NCBI GenBank assembly: GCA_965242525.1
Contig: OZ251459.1
Coordinates: forward strand, 1,216,001-1,280,000
Length of the DNA stretch: 64,000 nucleotides
Source of the DNA: an uncultured Candidatus Binatia bacterium
GTDB lineage: Bacteria; Desulfobacterota; Binatia; UBA9968; JAJDTQ01
Direction: 5' to 3'
Part shown: positions 11,019 to 19,582 of the stretch, in pieces
How positions within the stretch are numbered: position 1 is the first letter of the stretch
How the letters are laid out: every line of letters starts with the position of its first letter
Notes under the pieces: model-generated
Seen by the model: only the letters and a program-made list of their open reading frames with translations
What the model was told of the DNA's origin: nothing
Database searches by the model: none
Program-made: the position numbers and the translations under genes

Positions 11019-12586
11019 GCACGAAAGCGCAAGCAGGCGCCGCGGCCTGGGCGCTGGTCCTCGCACTCTGCTGCAACGTCCACGCGGACCAGGCGCTGGA
11101 AGACCGGGTGCGCGCCATCGCTTCGGAACTGCGCTGCGTGGTGTGCCAGAACCTCTCGGTGGCCGACTCCCCGTCCGAGACCGCGGTGCAGATGCGCGGG
11201 GTCGTGCGCGAGCAACTCCGGGCCGGCAAGACCCCCGACGAGGTCCGGAGCTATTTCGTCTCCCGGTACGGCGAGTGGGTCCTGCTCGCGCCGCCGGCCC
11301 GCGGCTTCAATTGGGCCGTGTGGGTCCTGCCCTTCGCGGCGCTGCTCGGGGGCCTCTACTTCGCCGTCCGGGTGCTGCGCCGATGGAGCGGACGCGCCCG
11401 GGACGAGCCCCGGGATCCCCCGGACCCGGAGCTGCTGCGGCAGGTCCGCGCCGCGGCGGCCGCGGCCGGCGATTTCCGGGAAGGCGAGTCCGAGGATCCA
11501 TCGGACCACCGGCGGACGCGCATCTACCGGGACCTCCGGGAGCTCGACCTCGACCATCGGGAAGGCAGGCTCTCCGCCGGGGACTACCAGGTCCTCAAGC
11601 GCCGCTACGAAGGCCAGGCCGTGCGCCTGCTGGAGGAGGCCGGGGAAGGCGCGCCGCGGCTGCCCGAGTCCGGGACGGGGCCGGGGACCCGCGCCGCGGG
11701 GAGCGGACGGACCTGGGCCCTGGCCGCGGGCGCAGCCCTGCTGCTGGCGGGGGGCGTCACCCTCGGACTGTTGCTGGGCCAGTCGCTGCGGCCCCGCTCC
11801 TCCACCGAGGACAGCATCACCGGCGACTTCCTGACCGGCACGGGACCCGGGGGCATCGGCCGCCCGGGGGCGTCCGACGCGCCCGAGGCGCTGCTGCGCC
11901 AAGGGCGGGACGCCTTGCAGCGGAAAGACTTCCGGGCCGCCATCGAGGCATTCCGGGAGGTGCTGCGCGGCGACCCCGGCCACCCCGAGGCCAACGCCTA
12001 CATGGGCGTCGTGCTGGCCCGGGCCGGGCACACGGAAGCCGCGCTGGCCGCGCTGGACCGGGCGTTGTCCCGGACGCCGGACCTGCCTCTGGCCCTGTGG
12101 GGCAAGGGCATGGTCCTCTACCGGGAAGGGCGCGACTTGGCCGGGGCCAGGGAGCACCTCCGGCGCCTGGAAGGGTTGTTGCCGCCCGGGGAGCAGCGGG
12201 AGGCGGTCCGGGGCATGATCGCGGACATGGACCCCGCGGCCGCGGCGGGCCGGAGCATCGCGGGAACCGTCCGACTGGCGCCCGGACGGACCGCGGAGGC
12301 GGGCGAACGCTCTACGCTCTTCATCGTGGCCCGGAGTCCCGGGGCGGGCCCCGGGGCGCCGCTCGCGGTCAAGCGCATCGTCCGGCCCTCCTTCCCCGTC
12401 TCGTTCACCCTGGGACCCGGCGACGTCATGATACCGGGAACGGCTTTCGACGGACCCGTGGACCTGAGCGCCCGCCTGGACCGGGACGGGGACCCGCTCA
12501 CGCGCGAGCCCGGAGATCCCGCGGGGGTTTACCCGGGGAACCCCGCTGCCCCCGGCGCCCGGAACGTGGCCATCGTCCTGGAGTAA
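11015..12586 (+). CDS. ccmH: CcmH/CycH fusion (LRCxxC domain, TM, TPR, C-terminal Ig-like domain)
   Basis: LRCVVCQN, RYGEWVL, TPR-like helices, PLAVKR...F.LG..D.M C-terminal domain. Confidence 0.88.
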   Translation: MSTKAQAGAAAWALVLALCCNVHADQALEDRVRAIASELRCVVCQNLSVADSPSETAVQMRGVVREQLRAGKTPDEVRSYFVSRYGEWVLLAPPARGFNWAVWVLPFAALLGGLYFAVRVLRRWSGRARDEPRDPPDPELLRQVRAAAAAAGDFREGESEDPSDHRRTRIYRDLRELDLDHREGRLSAGDYQVLKRRYEGQAVRLLEEAGEGAPRLPESGTGPGTRAAGSGRTWALAAGAALLLAGGVTLGLLLGQSLRPRSSTEDSITGDFLTGTGPGGIGRPGASDAPEALLRQGRDALQRKDFRAAIEAFREVLRGDPGHPEANAYMGVVLARAGHTEAALAALDRALSRTPDLPLALWGKGMVLYREGRDLAGAREHLRRLEGLLPPGEQREAVRGMIADMDPAAAAGRSIAGTVRLAPGRTAEAGERSTLFIVARSPGAGPGAPLAVKRIVRPSFPVSFTLGPGDVMIPGTAFDGPVDLSARLDRDGDPLTREPGDPAGVYPGNPAAPGARNVAIVLE

Positions 12587-12684
12587 CCCGCGGGCGCCTC
12601 ATGGGCGGACCGCGGCAAACGCGGAAACTTCCGGGAAGTCGGGCCTTCGCTCTCTCGGGTCGGTTTCGGGAGAAGGAAAGGCAA

Positions 12685-14415
12685 CTAAGGTTCTTCGTAC
12701 TCCGTGCCGAACGCACCGATGATGCGCAGGGCATCGTTCGCGTCCGCAGCGGTGGACCCGGTGAACGTCCCCGCAGCCCAATATACCGTAGAGCCGCCCC
12801 CGAGGATCCGGACGCTCCAGTTGCCGGCCAGGCTGCGATCTCCCGCCGTGCCGCCGGTACTTCCTCGGAAGATCACGTCGCTGCCGGGTATGGTCGCGCC
12901 ATTGTTGTTGTTCAAGTTCAACGTCCAATCGCCGAGGGATTCCCCGTTCTCCATGAAATCGGTGACGCTTCCGCTCATGGAGACGTTGCCGCCGCCGGCG
13001 TTCCTGAGCTGAATGACGGTACTTGCGGTGAAGGAACCGACCTCTGCGCTTTCCAGCATACGATCGCCGCCCGAGCCGCTGTAGCGGGCCGTCGTATAGA
13101 GACCGGTCGCCGGACCTTCGTACCGGGCCGTCAGCGCGAACGTATTGACCCCGAGCCTGGCCCACCGGGTCCATGAGCTGCCGGTCGCGAAGACTCCCAG
13201 GTTGTACTCGGTACTGGCGGCGTCGGGGTCCTCGGGCAACGCCAGCCATGACCCGATGAGCAGGTAGTGGTTTCGGAAGGCAAGAGTCGGGTCAGGCTCC
13301 TTGATGTTCGAATGGACCACCGCGCGCACGGTCTTTCCGCCAGGGACGTCCTTGCCCAGTGCCGCGCCGTTCCAACCGGTTCCAAGGTTGGGGACCCCAC
13401 GGCGACCGTCAACCGGGAGCCGGCCGGGGTCCGCGCCCAATTCACTGGGGTCGAGGCTGCTGAACGCCGTGGTTCCCAACTCCAGCCCCAACGTCGGCGC
13501 GGGGCCGGCGGTCCAGCTTGCGGACGGCGTCACCGACGGCTCGGTGGCCAGAGTGCTGTGCACCTGGACGCCGGCCCTTCCCGCGGAACCCGTGGTGGTG
13601 AGCATGGAGTTGAGGACGCCGCCCGTCAGCAGCCTCCCTTCGAGACCTCTGGCGTGGGCTCCGTCCGAAGTCCCATCGGGACCGTTGTTGGCCTGCCACA
13701 CCAACTCGTTGCTCGTGGTCAGGACATAGAGCATGCCGCCCGTCGCTTCGGCCGTGTCGTACTCCCCAACGGTGACCACGACGCAGTCTTCGCCGTCGAA
13801 CGGGCACACGAGGGCAGAGCTCCTGCCCCTGGAATAGCCCGTTATCTCCAGGCTCTCGCCCGCAGGGATGGTCGTGCCCGCAGTCAGCGTATGGCCGATC
13901 GGCAGGTACAGGGTGGTGTACGTCGCGACCGTGGGCGCGCCGCCCGTGGATTCGGCGCCGTCCGCGGTAAGGGTGACCACGCAGTCTTCGCCGTCGGGCG
14001 GACACGCGACCTCCGTCCTCGTGTCGAAGGTTCGGTGAACCGTCCGTCTCTCGCCCGCCGGGATCGTGCCCGCCATCAGCGTATGACTACTGGGCAGCCC
14101 CTCTATGGGGGTGTAGGTCACGACCGTGGGCGTGCCGCCGGTCGATTGGGCGGCCCCGTCCGGCCCAACGGTGACCACGCAGTCCGGGCCATCGGCCGGG
14201 CACGTGACCTCCGTCCTCGTGCCGTCGGCGTTCCGAACCGTCCTCGTCCTACCCGCAGGGATGGCGCCCGGCTCCAGCATAATGCCCCCGGGCAGTCCCT
14301 CTATGGTCATCGGCGTGGGCGGTGCAACCGTCTTGCCGCCGCCGCAGCCGACGAGGGCCGCGATCACCAGGGCGCTTGCAAGGATCGACACGGAGTGGGC
14401 CATGACTCGTCTCAT
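12685..14415 (-). CDS. Putative surface lipoprotein with three Cys-containing tandem repeats and a TbpB-like beta-rich C-terminus
   Basis: Lipobox LVGC-GGG; three CPxDGxDCVV repeats; C-terminal ARYEGPATGLY...AAGTFTG...IIGAFG pattern. Confidence 0.72.
   Translation of the reverse strand: MRRVMAHSVSILASALVIAALVGCGGGKTVAPPTPMTIEGLPGGIMLEPGAIPAGRTRTVRNADGTRTEVTCPADGPDCVVTVGPDGAAQSTGGTPTVVTYTPIEGLPSSHTLMAGTIPAGERRTVHRTFDTRTEVACPPDGEDCVVTLTADGAESTGGAPTVATYTTLYLPIGHTLTAGTTIPAGESLEITGYSRGRSSALVCPFDGEDCVVVTVGEYDTAEATGGMLYVLTTSNELVWQANNGPDGTSDGAHARGLEGRLLTGGVLNSMLTTTGSAGRAGVQVHSTLATEPSVTPSASWTAGPAPTLGLELGTTAFSSLDPSELGADPGRLPVDGRRGVPNLGTGWNGAALGKDVPGGKTVRAVVHSNIKEPDPTLAFRNHYLLIGSWLALPEDPDAASTEYNLGVFATGSSWTRWARLGVNTFALTARYEGPATGLYTTARYSGSGGDRMLESAEVGSFTASTVIQLRNAGGGNVSMSGSVTDFMENGESLGDWTLNLNNNNGATIPGSDVIFRGSTGGTAGDRSLAGNWSVRILGGGSTVYWAAGTFTGSTAADANDALRIIGAFGTEYEEP
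13714..14304 (-). repeat. Three intragenic tandem repeats of about 198 bp (about 66 aa)
   Basis: Units start IEGLP (aa 38), IEGLP (aa 104) and LYLP (about aa 169); each has IPAG...CPxDGxDCVV...TGG. Confidence 0.85.
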
Positions 14416-14634
14416 GTGAAGCCTCCTCTCAGGTCAACCCGAAGTTCCCTGGGTCGAACGGGAGCATACCTTCCCCAACCCGTCGAGACTTCTACACCAG
14501 GTTCCGGCACGCTGACAAGGTCTGACTTTGGAGCGTTCGCGAGTGTGTGGTTGTCGGCGATTGCATGGCAGCGGGAGGATGAGGAGGGTATCCGCTTCTC
14601 CTTTGGCGGTGGATACGGGGCGCCCGGCAGCGCG

Positions 14635-15111
14635 TCAGTCCTGCCGGGGAAGCCGCTGGTACCGGCCCTTGAAGAAGAGCAGCGGACGGTCCCCCGCGGC
14701 CTGCGCGTGGAGGACCCGACCGAGGTAGATGGTGTGATCGCCGCCGTCGTAGGCATGGCTGACGGCGCACTCGATGTGTCCGATGGTCTCGTCCAGCAGC
14801 GGGATCCCGTTGCCGCTCATGCGCCACGGCGTGTCCTGGAACTTCTCGATGCCCTTGGTGGCGAAGCGGTTGGCCAGGTGCTCCTGGTGCTCGCCGAGCA
14901 GGTTGACGGCGAACACCCGCGAGTCCTCGAAGCAGTCGTAGCAGTTGGCCTTCTTGTCGATGCAGACCAGCACCAGCGGCGGGTCCAGGGACAGGGAGGA
15001 GAACGCGTTGGCGGTGATGCCCGTGGGGACTCCGGCCTTGTCCTTGGTGGTCACGATGGTCACGCCGGTGGCGAAGTGGCCCATCACGTGCCGGATCTCG
15101 CGGGCGTCCAT
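14635..15111 (-). CDS. Flavin reductase family protein
   Basis: FATGVTIVT, SLSLDPPLV, GGDHTI. Confidence 0.93.
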   Translation of the reverse strand: MDAREIRHVMGHFATGVTIVTTKDKAGVPTGITANAFSSLSLDPPLVLVCIDKKANCYDCFEDSRVFAVNLLGEHQEHLANRFATKGIEKFQDTPWRMSGNGIPLLDETIGHIECAVSHAYDGGDHTIYLGRVLHAQAAGDRPLLFFKGRYQRLPRQD

Positions 15112-15200
15112 GCTGCACGGGGTAACAGACGAGGCGACGCCGTGTCAATCGCCGCGGAGCGCGGCCGCCCCCAGCCCGGGCGCCGCGGGAAGCACCGTCC

Positions 15201-15641
15201 TCAACCGTCGAGTTCCGGCTTCGGCAGCATCATGTAGGGGACGTCGTCGTCGTCGAGGGCTTCCCGCTCTTCCGCGGTGGCGGTGCCGTAGATGGGCCGC
15301 TGGCGGGCCTCGCCGTCGTGGATCCGGCGCGCCTCGTCCGCGAAACCCACGCCCACGTCGTCGAAGTTCTTGCGGATGTAGTGGTGGGCGCGGATGAGGG
15401 TTTCCTTCAACTGCTCCGGCGTGGGCGCAGCCTGCTTCCGGTCCTGCCGGGCCGGGGGCGCAGGCGCGGCCTCCTTCTTCTTGTGGACCGCGCAGGTGTG
15501 GGGCAGCTTGGTAATCTCGGTGGAGGCGCACACCGGGCAGGCGATCCGGCTCTGGGCCAGTTGCTCCCGATAGTTCTCGGGCCCCGAGAACCACCCCTCG
15601 AAACCGTGGTCGTTGTCACATATGAGATCGTAAATGACCAT
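15201..15641 (-). CDS. DUF1178 family protein
   Basis: IYDLIC...H.FEGWF, CPVC, FDDVG..FADEARRIH.GE...RPIYG. Confidence 0.88.
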   Translation of the reverse strand: MVIYDLICDNDHGFEGWFSGPENYREQLAQSRIACPVCASTEITKLPHTCAVHKKKEAAPAPPARQDRKQAAPTPEQLKETLIRAHHYIRKNFDDVGVGFADEARRIHDGEARQRPIYGTATAEEREALDDDDVPYMMLPKPELDG

Positions 15642-15682
15642 GCGATCACCTGTTTCGAAGGTAACCCCGAGCGACCCCGAAG

Positions 15683-16495
15683 TCAAGCCAGCAGGAAGCG
15701 GGTGACCACCTCCACGAACTCGTCCAGCTCTTCGATCTGCGGTTCATGGGCCGAATGACGGAACCGGTGCACCCGGGATCCCGGCACGATGCGCCGGAGC
15801 CGCTGGTCCCAGTCCGGCTGGTTGAGGGGGTCGTGGTCGCAGGACAGGATGAGCAACGGCGTTTCCACCGAAGACAGCCGCCGCACGAACTCGTCCGTAG
15901 CGTTTACCCTCCGGTATCCGGGCGGTCTCAGCCTGGCCGCGGACAAGGCTTCCCAGTGGCCCGGCATGACCGAGTCGGCGTAGCGCTTCTCCACGGTTTC
16001 CGGGGTGAGCCACTTGGGGTCGTGGAACAGCAGGCCCAGCAGCTTGCGCATGTTCTCCGGGCTCGGCGTGTAGTCTTCCACGTCCGCCTGGGAAGCGCTC
16101 TTGAAGATCCCCGCGTTGCCGCAGACCGTGACCATCTTCTTCATCCGCAGGGGCGGCGGCTCCCGCACCGCGCTCCTCAGCAGGACCCCGCCGCCGGCCG
16201 AATTGCCCACGAAAAAGGCGTCCCCCACGTCCAGCGCCTTCAACAGCGCGGCGATGTGGGCCATGCGGAACCCGGCAGGGTCGGAGAAGCTGTAGATCTT
16301 GGCAGTGCGGCCGTAACCCAACATGTCCGGCGCGACCACGCGGAACCGTTCCGCCAGCCGCGCCATGGCCGGACCCCAGGTCGCTTCCGCGGAGGCGCCG
16401 TACTCGCCCCCGTGGAGCAACACCAGGTCCGGCCCCTCCCCCACTTCCAGGAAGCGGGTCTCGATGCCTTCCACCCGAAGAGTCCTGTGCTGCAT
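15683..16495 (-). CDS. Alpha/beta hydrolase
   Basis: LLHGG, PDMLGYG, GNSAGG nucleophile elbow, C-terminal His (SAHEP). Confidence 0.9.
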   Translation of the reverse strand: MQHRTLRVEGIETRFLEVGEGPDLVLLHGGEYGASAEATWGPAMARLAERFRVVAPDMLGYGRTAKIYSFSDPAGFRMAHIAALLKALDVGDAFFVGNSAGGGVLLRSAVREPPPLRMKKMVTVCGNAGIFKSASQADVEDYTPSPENMRKLLGLLFHDPKWLTPETVEKRYADSVMPGHWEALSAARLRPPGYRRVNATDEFVRRLSSVETPLLILSCDHDPLNQPDWDQRLRRIVPGSRVHRFRHSAHEPQIEELDEFVEVVTRFLLA

Positions 16496-16591
16496 GGTTC
16501 CGCTCCCGTCTCCCCTGTCCCTTCAGTCCTCCGTGCGCCCGGGGCGCCGCGGCAGAGCCACCCGGGAAGCAGGCGTCACGGACGCCCCCTC

Positions 16592-16638
16592 CGTCGTTCC
16601 CGCGAAAGCATGTCCCCGCGGAAGCGGGGCGGGAACCC
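16592..16638. repeat. Expanded dRS3-like palindrome
   Basis: cgtcgttcccgcgaaagcatgtccccgcggaagcggggcgggaaccc, the same nested form as one arm of the 57.7-kb element. Confidence 0.75.
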
Positions 16639-16640
16639 GG

Positions 16641-18257
16641 TCACCACCCCAGGGCGTACCCGTCCCTGCGGGGGTCCGCGGCGGCGAGCAACACGCCGGT
16701 GCGGGGGTCCCGGGCGATGAGGGCCGCGCCGCCGAAGGACCAGGGGGCCGCCACCGAGACCGGGTGCCCCCTGTCCCTGAGCCCCTGCACCACCTCCTCC
16801 GGGAAACCGCGTTCCAGGCGCAGCTCTTCCGGGCCGCCGACGTTGGGATGCGTGCCGGGCCGATGGCTCCACCGGGGCGCTTCCAGGGCGCATTGCGGGT
16901 CCATGCCGCGGTCCAGCAGCCGGTGCAGCACCTGTGCGTTGGTCTGGGGCTGGTCGTCGGCCCCGGGGGTGCCGCCCACCGCGAGGAACTCGCCCCGGTG
17001 GAACACCATGTAGGAGTTGAGTGTGTGCGCCGGCCTCTTGCCGGGGACCAGGGCGTTGGCGGCATCGGGGTCCAGCACGCACCCGCACAGGCGGTTGTTC
17101 ATCACCACCCCGGTGTCGCCGGCCACCACCCGGGACCCGAACGCGGCGAAGACGCTCTGGATGAGGGACACCACGTTGCCGTCGCCGTCGGCCACGCACA
17201 GGTAGGTGGTGTCCCCGCCCCGGGACGGCGGCGACGACGCCACCGGCGCGGCGGTGGGCCCGATGAGTCGCCGGCGCCGCTCCGCGTGCTCCTTGCCGAT
17301 GAGCCGCTCCACTTCCGGGTCGTGGAAACGGGGGTCGCCCAGGCGCAGGTTGCGGTCCTCGAAGGCGAGCTTCTTGGCCTCCACCATGACGTGGACCAGC
17401 TCCGGGGGACTCAACTCGGCCCACTCGTACCCTTCCAGCAGGTTCATGATCTCCAGGACCATGAACCCCTGGGACACGGGCGGCTGCTCCAGCAGCTCGT
17501 AGCCCCGGTAGTCGGCGCCCAGGGGCTCCAGCCACTCGAAGAACTCCCCTTGCAGGTCCGCCTCTTCGAGCAGGCCGCCCCGGGCCTGCACGCCCGCGCA
17601 CAGCCGCGCCGCCACCTCCCCGCGGTAGAAGGCGTCGCGTCCGCCCGAGGCAACAGCCTCCAGCGTGCGCGCCAACTCCGGCTGCCGCAGCGTCCGCCCG
17701 GGCCTCAGGTCCTCCAGCGGCCGGCGGAAGCAGTCATGGATGTCGGACCCCGGCGGCCCGTGCTCCTCGATGGAGCCGGCCAGGGCCGGGTAGAGGGGAA
17801 AGCCGTCCCGCGCCAGCGCGACGGCGTCGGCGCAGACTTCCGCCAACTCCAGCACGCCGTAGCGCCGGTGGAGCTCCAGCCAGCCGTCCACCGCCCCGGG
17901 GACCGCGACGCTCAAGGGGCCCGCGGTAGGGATGGCCTCCAGGCCGCGGCCCCGGAAGTAGTCGATGGTGGCCTTGCCCGGGGCCGGTCCGCTGGCGTTG
18001 AGGGCGGCGACCTTCCCTTCCTCCTTCATGTACACCAGCGAGAACAGGTCGCCCCCCAGGCCGCATGCCTCGTGCTTGACCACCGCCAGCACGAACCCCG
18101 CGGCCACCGCGGCGTCCACCGCGTTTCCCCCCCGCCGCAGCATCTCCAGCCCGGAGGCGGAAGCCAGCGCGTGGCCCGAGGCGATGACTCCCCTGCGGCC
18201 CATGACCAGGGGCCGCGCGGCCTTGCCGTAGCGGATCTCGTGTGCGCCGTCTGCCAT
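16641..18257 (-). CDS. Gamma-glutamyltransferase family (Ntn hydrolase), no signal peptide
   Basis: GGNAVDAAVA, GLGGD, VPGAV.GW, DTT nucleophile, PGKRP.HTL; start at MADGAHE. Confidence 0.93.
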   Translation of the reverse strand: MADGAHEIRYGKAARPLVMGRRGVIASGHALASASGLEMLRRGGNAVDAAVAAGFVLAVVKHEACGLGGDLFSLVYMKEEGKVAALNASGPAPGKATIDYFRGRGLEAIPTAGPLSVAVPGAVDGWLELHRRYGVLELAEVCADAVALARDGFPLYPALAGSIEEHGPPGSDIHDCFRRPLEDLRPGRTLRQPELARTLEAVASGGRDAFYRGEVAARLCAGVQARGGLLEEADLQGEFFEWLEPLGADYRGYELLEQPPVSQGFMVLEIMNLLEGYEWAELSPPELVHVMVEAKKLAFEDRNLRLGDPRFHDPEVERLIGKEHAERRRRLIGPTAAPVASSPPSRGGDTTYLCVADGDGNVVSLIQSVFAAFGSRVVAGDTGVVMNNRLCGCVLDPDAANALVPGKRPAHTLNSYMVFHRGEFLAVGGTPGADDQPQTNAQVLHRLLDRGMDPQCALEAPRWSHRPGTHPNVGGPEELRLERGFPEEVVQGLRDRGHPVSVAAPWSFGGAALIARDPRTGVLLAAADPRRDGYALGW

Positions 18258-18316
18258 GACCCATCCTTTCCGACGAAGCTTTCCCGCCAGGGGAAACCCG
18301 GAACGATTCCGGGGCG

Positions 18317-19342
18317 CTACCGGTCGCCGATCCCCAGTATCCGGGCGGCGGTGCCTCCGAGTATCCGCTCCCGGTCCTCCGCGGGCAGCCCCAGTTCGTC
18401 GATGGCCCGGAGGCTGTTCCTGACGAACGCGCACCCGCCCTCGGGGCCGTAGGGGTAGTTGGTGCCGAACACCATTTGTCCGGGGCCGAAGAAGTCCATG
18501 ACGCACCGGAGCGTGCTCGCGGGGTGGTCCGCGGTGTCCACGAAGAAGCGCCGGAAGGAGTCCAGGGGGTTCTCCCTGAGGCCGTAGCGCTCCCGCATCT
18601 CGCGGGTCCTGCCCGTATAGATGTTGACGGCCCGTTGCCCGAAGAAGGCCAGCACCCCGCCCACGTCCGCCACCACGAAGGGCAACGTGGGGAACCGCTC
18701 CAGCACCCGGCCATACACCAGCCGGGTCATGGCCACGGTGCTGTCGAAGGCCCAGCCGTAGATCAGCACGGGCATGATGTCCAGCCCCACCGCCTCGGTG
18801 GCCAGCGGCGCGGTGGGATGGATGTACACGGGCATGCCGTACTCCGCGAGCTTCTCGTAGATGGGGAAGAACCCCTCGTGGTCCAGCGGGCGGCCGTCGA
18901 GGTTGGAGAAACAGCCGAAACCCCGGAGCCCCAGGTCGTTGCGGGCGCGGTCGAGCTCCTCCAGGGACGCCGGAACGGAGGAGGTGGGCAGCGTGGCCAG
19001 CCCCACGAAGCGGTGGGGATGCCGGTTGCACATGCGCGCCAGGGCGTCGTTGGCCACCCGCGCCAAGTGCACGGCGTCGTCCTGGTCGTAGCGGTCGGCG
19101 CCGGGCGCGGGGATGCTCACCACCTGCACGTCCACGCCCTGCCGGTCCATGTGCTCCAGCCGCCGGTCCACGTCCCGGCCCTCGAAGATGGCCGTGTTGA
19201 TGCGGCACGCGAGCTTCCGGTCGTAGAGGTACGACATGCCGCTGTAGGGGTCCGGCGGCTCCAGCACCACGTTCCCGTCCCGCTGGCGCATGGCGTCCAT
19301 GTAGGTCTCGGGAAAGACGTGGCTCTGGAAATCGACGATCAT
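18317..19342 (-). CDS. Amidohydrolase_2 family protein with atypical metal-site residues
   Basis: MD..GVDVQV.S, IHP, VLERFP.L; DFQSH, ADVGG and FGTNYP in place of HxH, AHxGG and GSDYP. Confidence 0.85.
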   Translation of the reverse strand: MIVDFQSHVFPETYMDAMRQRDGNVVLEPPDPYSGMSYLYDRKLACRINTAIFEGRDVDRRLEHMDRQGVDVQVVSIPAPGADRYDQDDAVHLARVANDALARMCNRHPHRFVGLATLPTSSVPASLEELDRARNDLGLRGFGCFSNLDGRPLDHEGFFPIYEKLAEYGMPVYIHPTAPLATEAVGLDIMPVLIYGWAFDSTVAMTRLVYGRVLERFPTLPFVVADVGGVLAFFGQRAVNIYTGRTREMRERYGLRENPLDSFRRFFVDTADHPASTLRCVMDFFGPGQMVFGTNYPYGPEGGCAFVRNSLRAIDELGLPAEDRERILGGTAARILGIGDR

Positions 19343-19542
19343 GGGACGAGGCGCGGAAGGGTTGGGGGGAGCTGCTCCCTGACGGTCTTCGACCCCACCG
19401 AGGCGCCGCAGCGCTGGCAACTGTAGTCGTAGAGGTCGCCGTCGGGGAGGACCAGCAGCAGCCGCTCGCGCACCGGCATGGCCCGACCGCACTTGTCGCA
19501 GTAGAGCAGCGACGCCGAAAGGTGCTCGAAGTTCTTCTCCAT
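19339..19542 (-). CDS. Small zinc-ribbon protein
   Basis: 67 aa with CDKC and CQRC; stop overlaps the amidohydrolase start. Confidence 0.75.
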   Translation of the reverse strand: MEKNFEHLSASLLYCDKCGRAMPVRERLLLVLPDGDLYDYSCQRCGASVGSKTVREQLPPTLPRLVP

Positions 19543-19582
19543 GACGTCACCGGCCGGGCGGCGCAACCGCTCCCCCGCTCCG

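Noticed and set aside
14416-14634. Possible riboswitch upstream of the lipoprotein
   Set aside because: Only one hairpin (14588-14616); no riboswitch consensus recognised. An Rfam scan would settle it.
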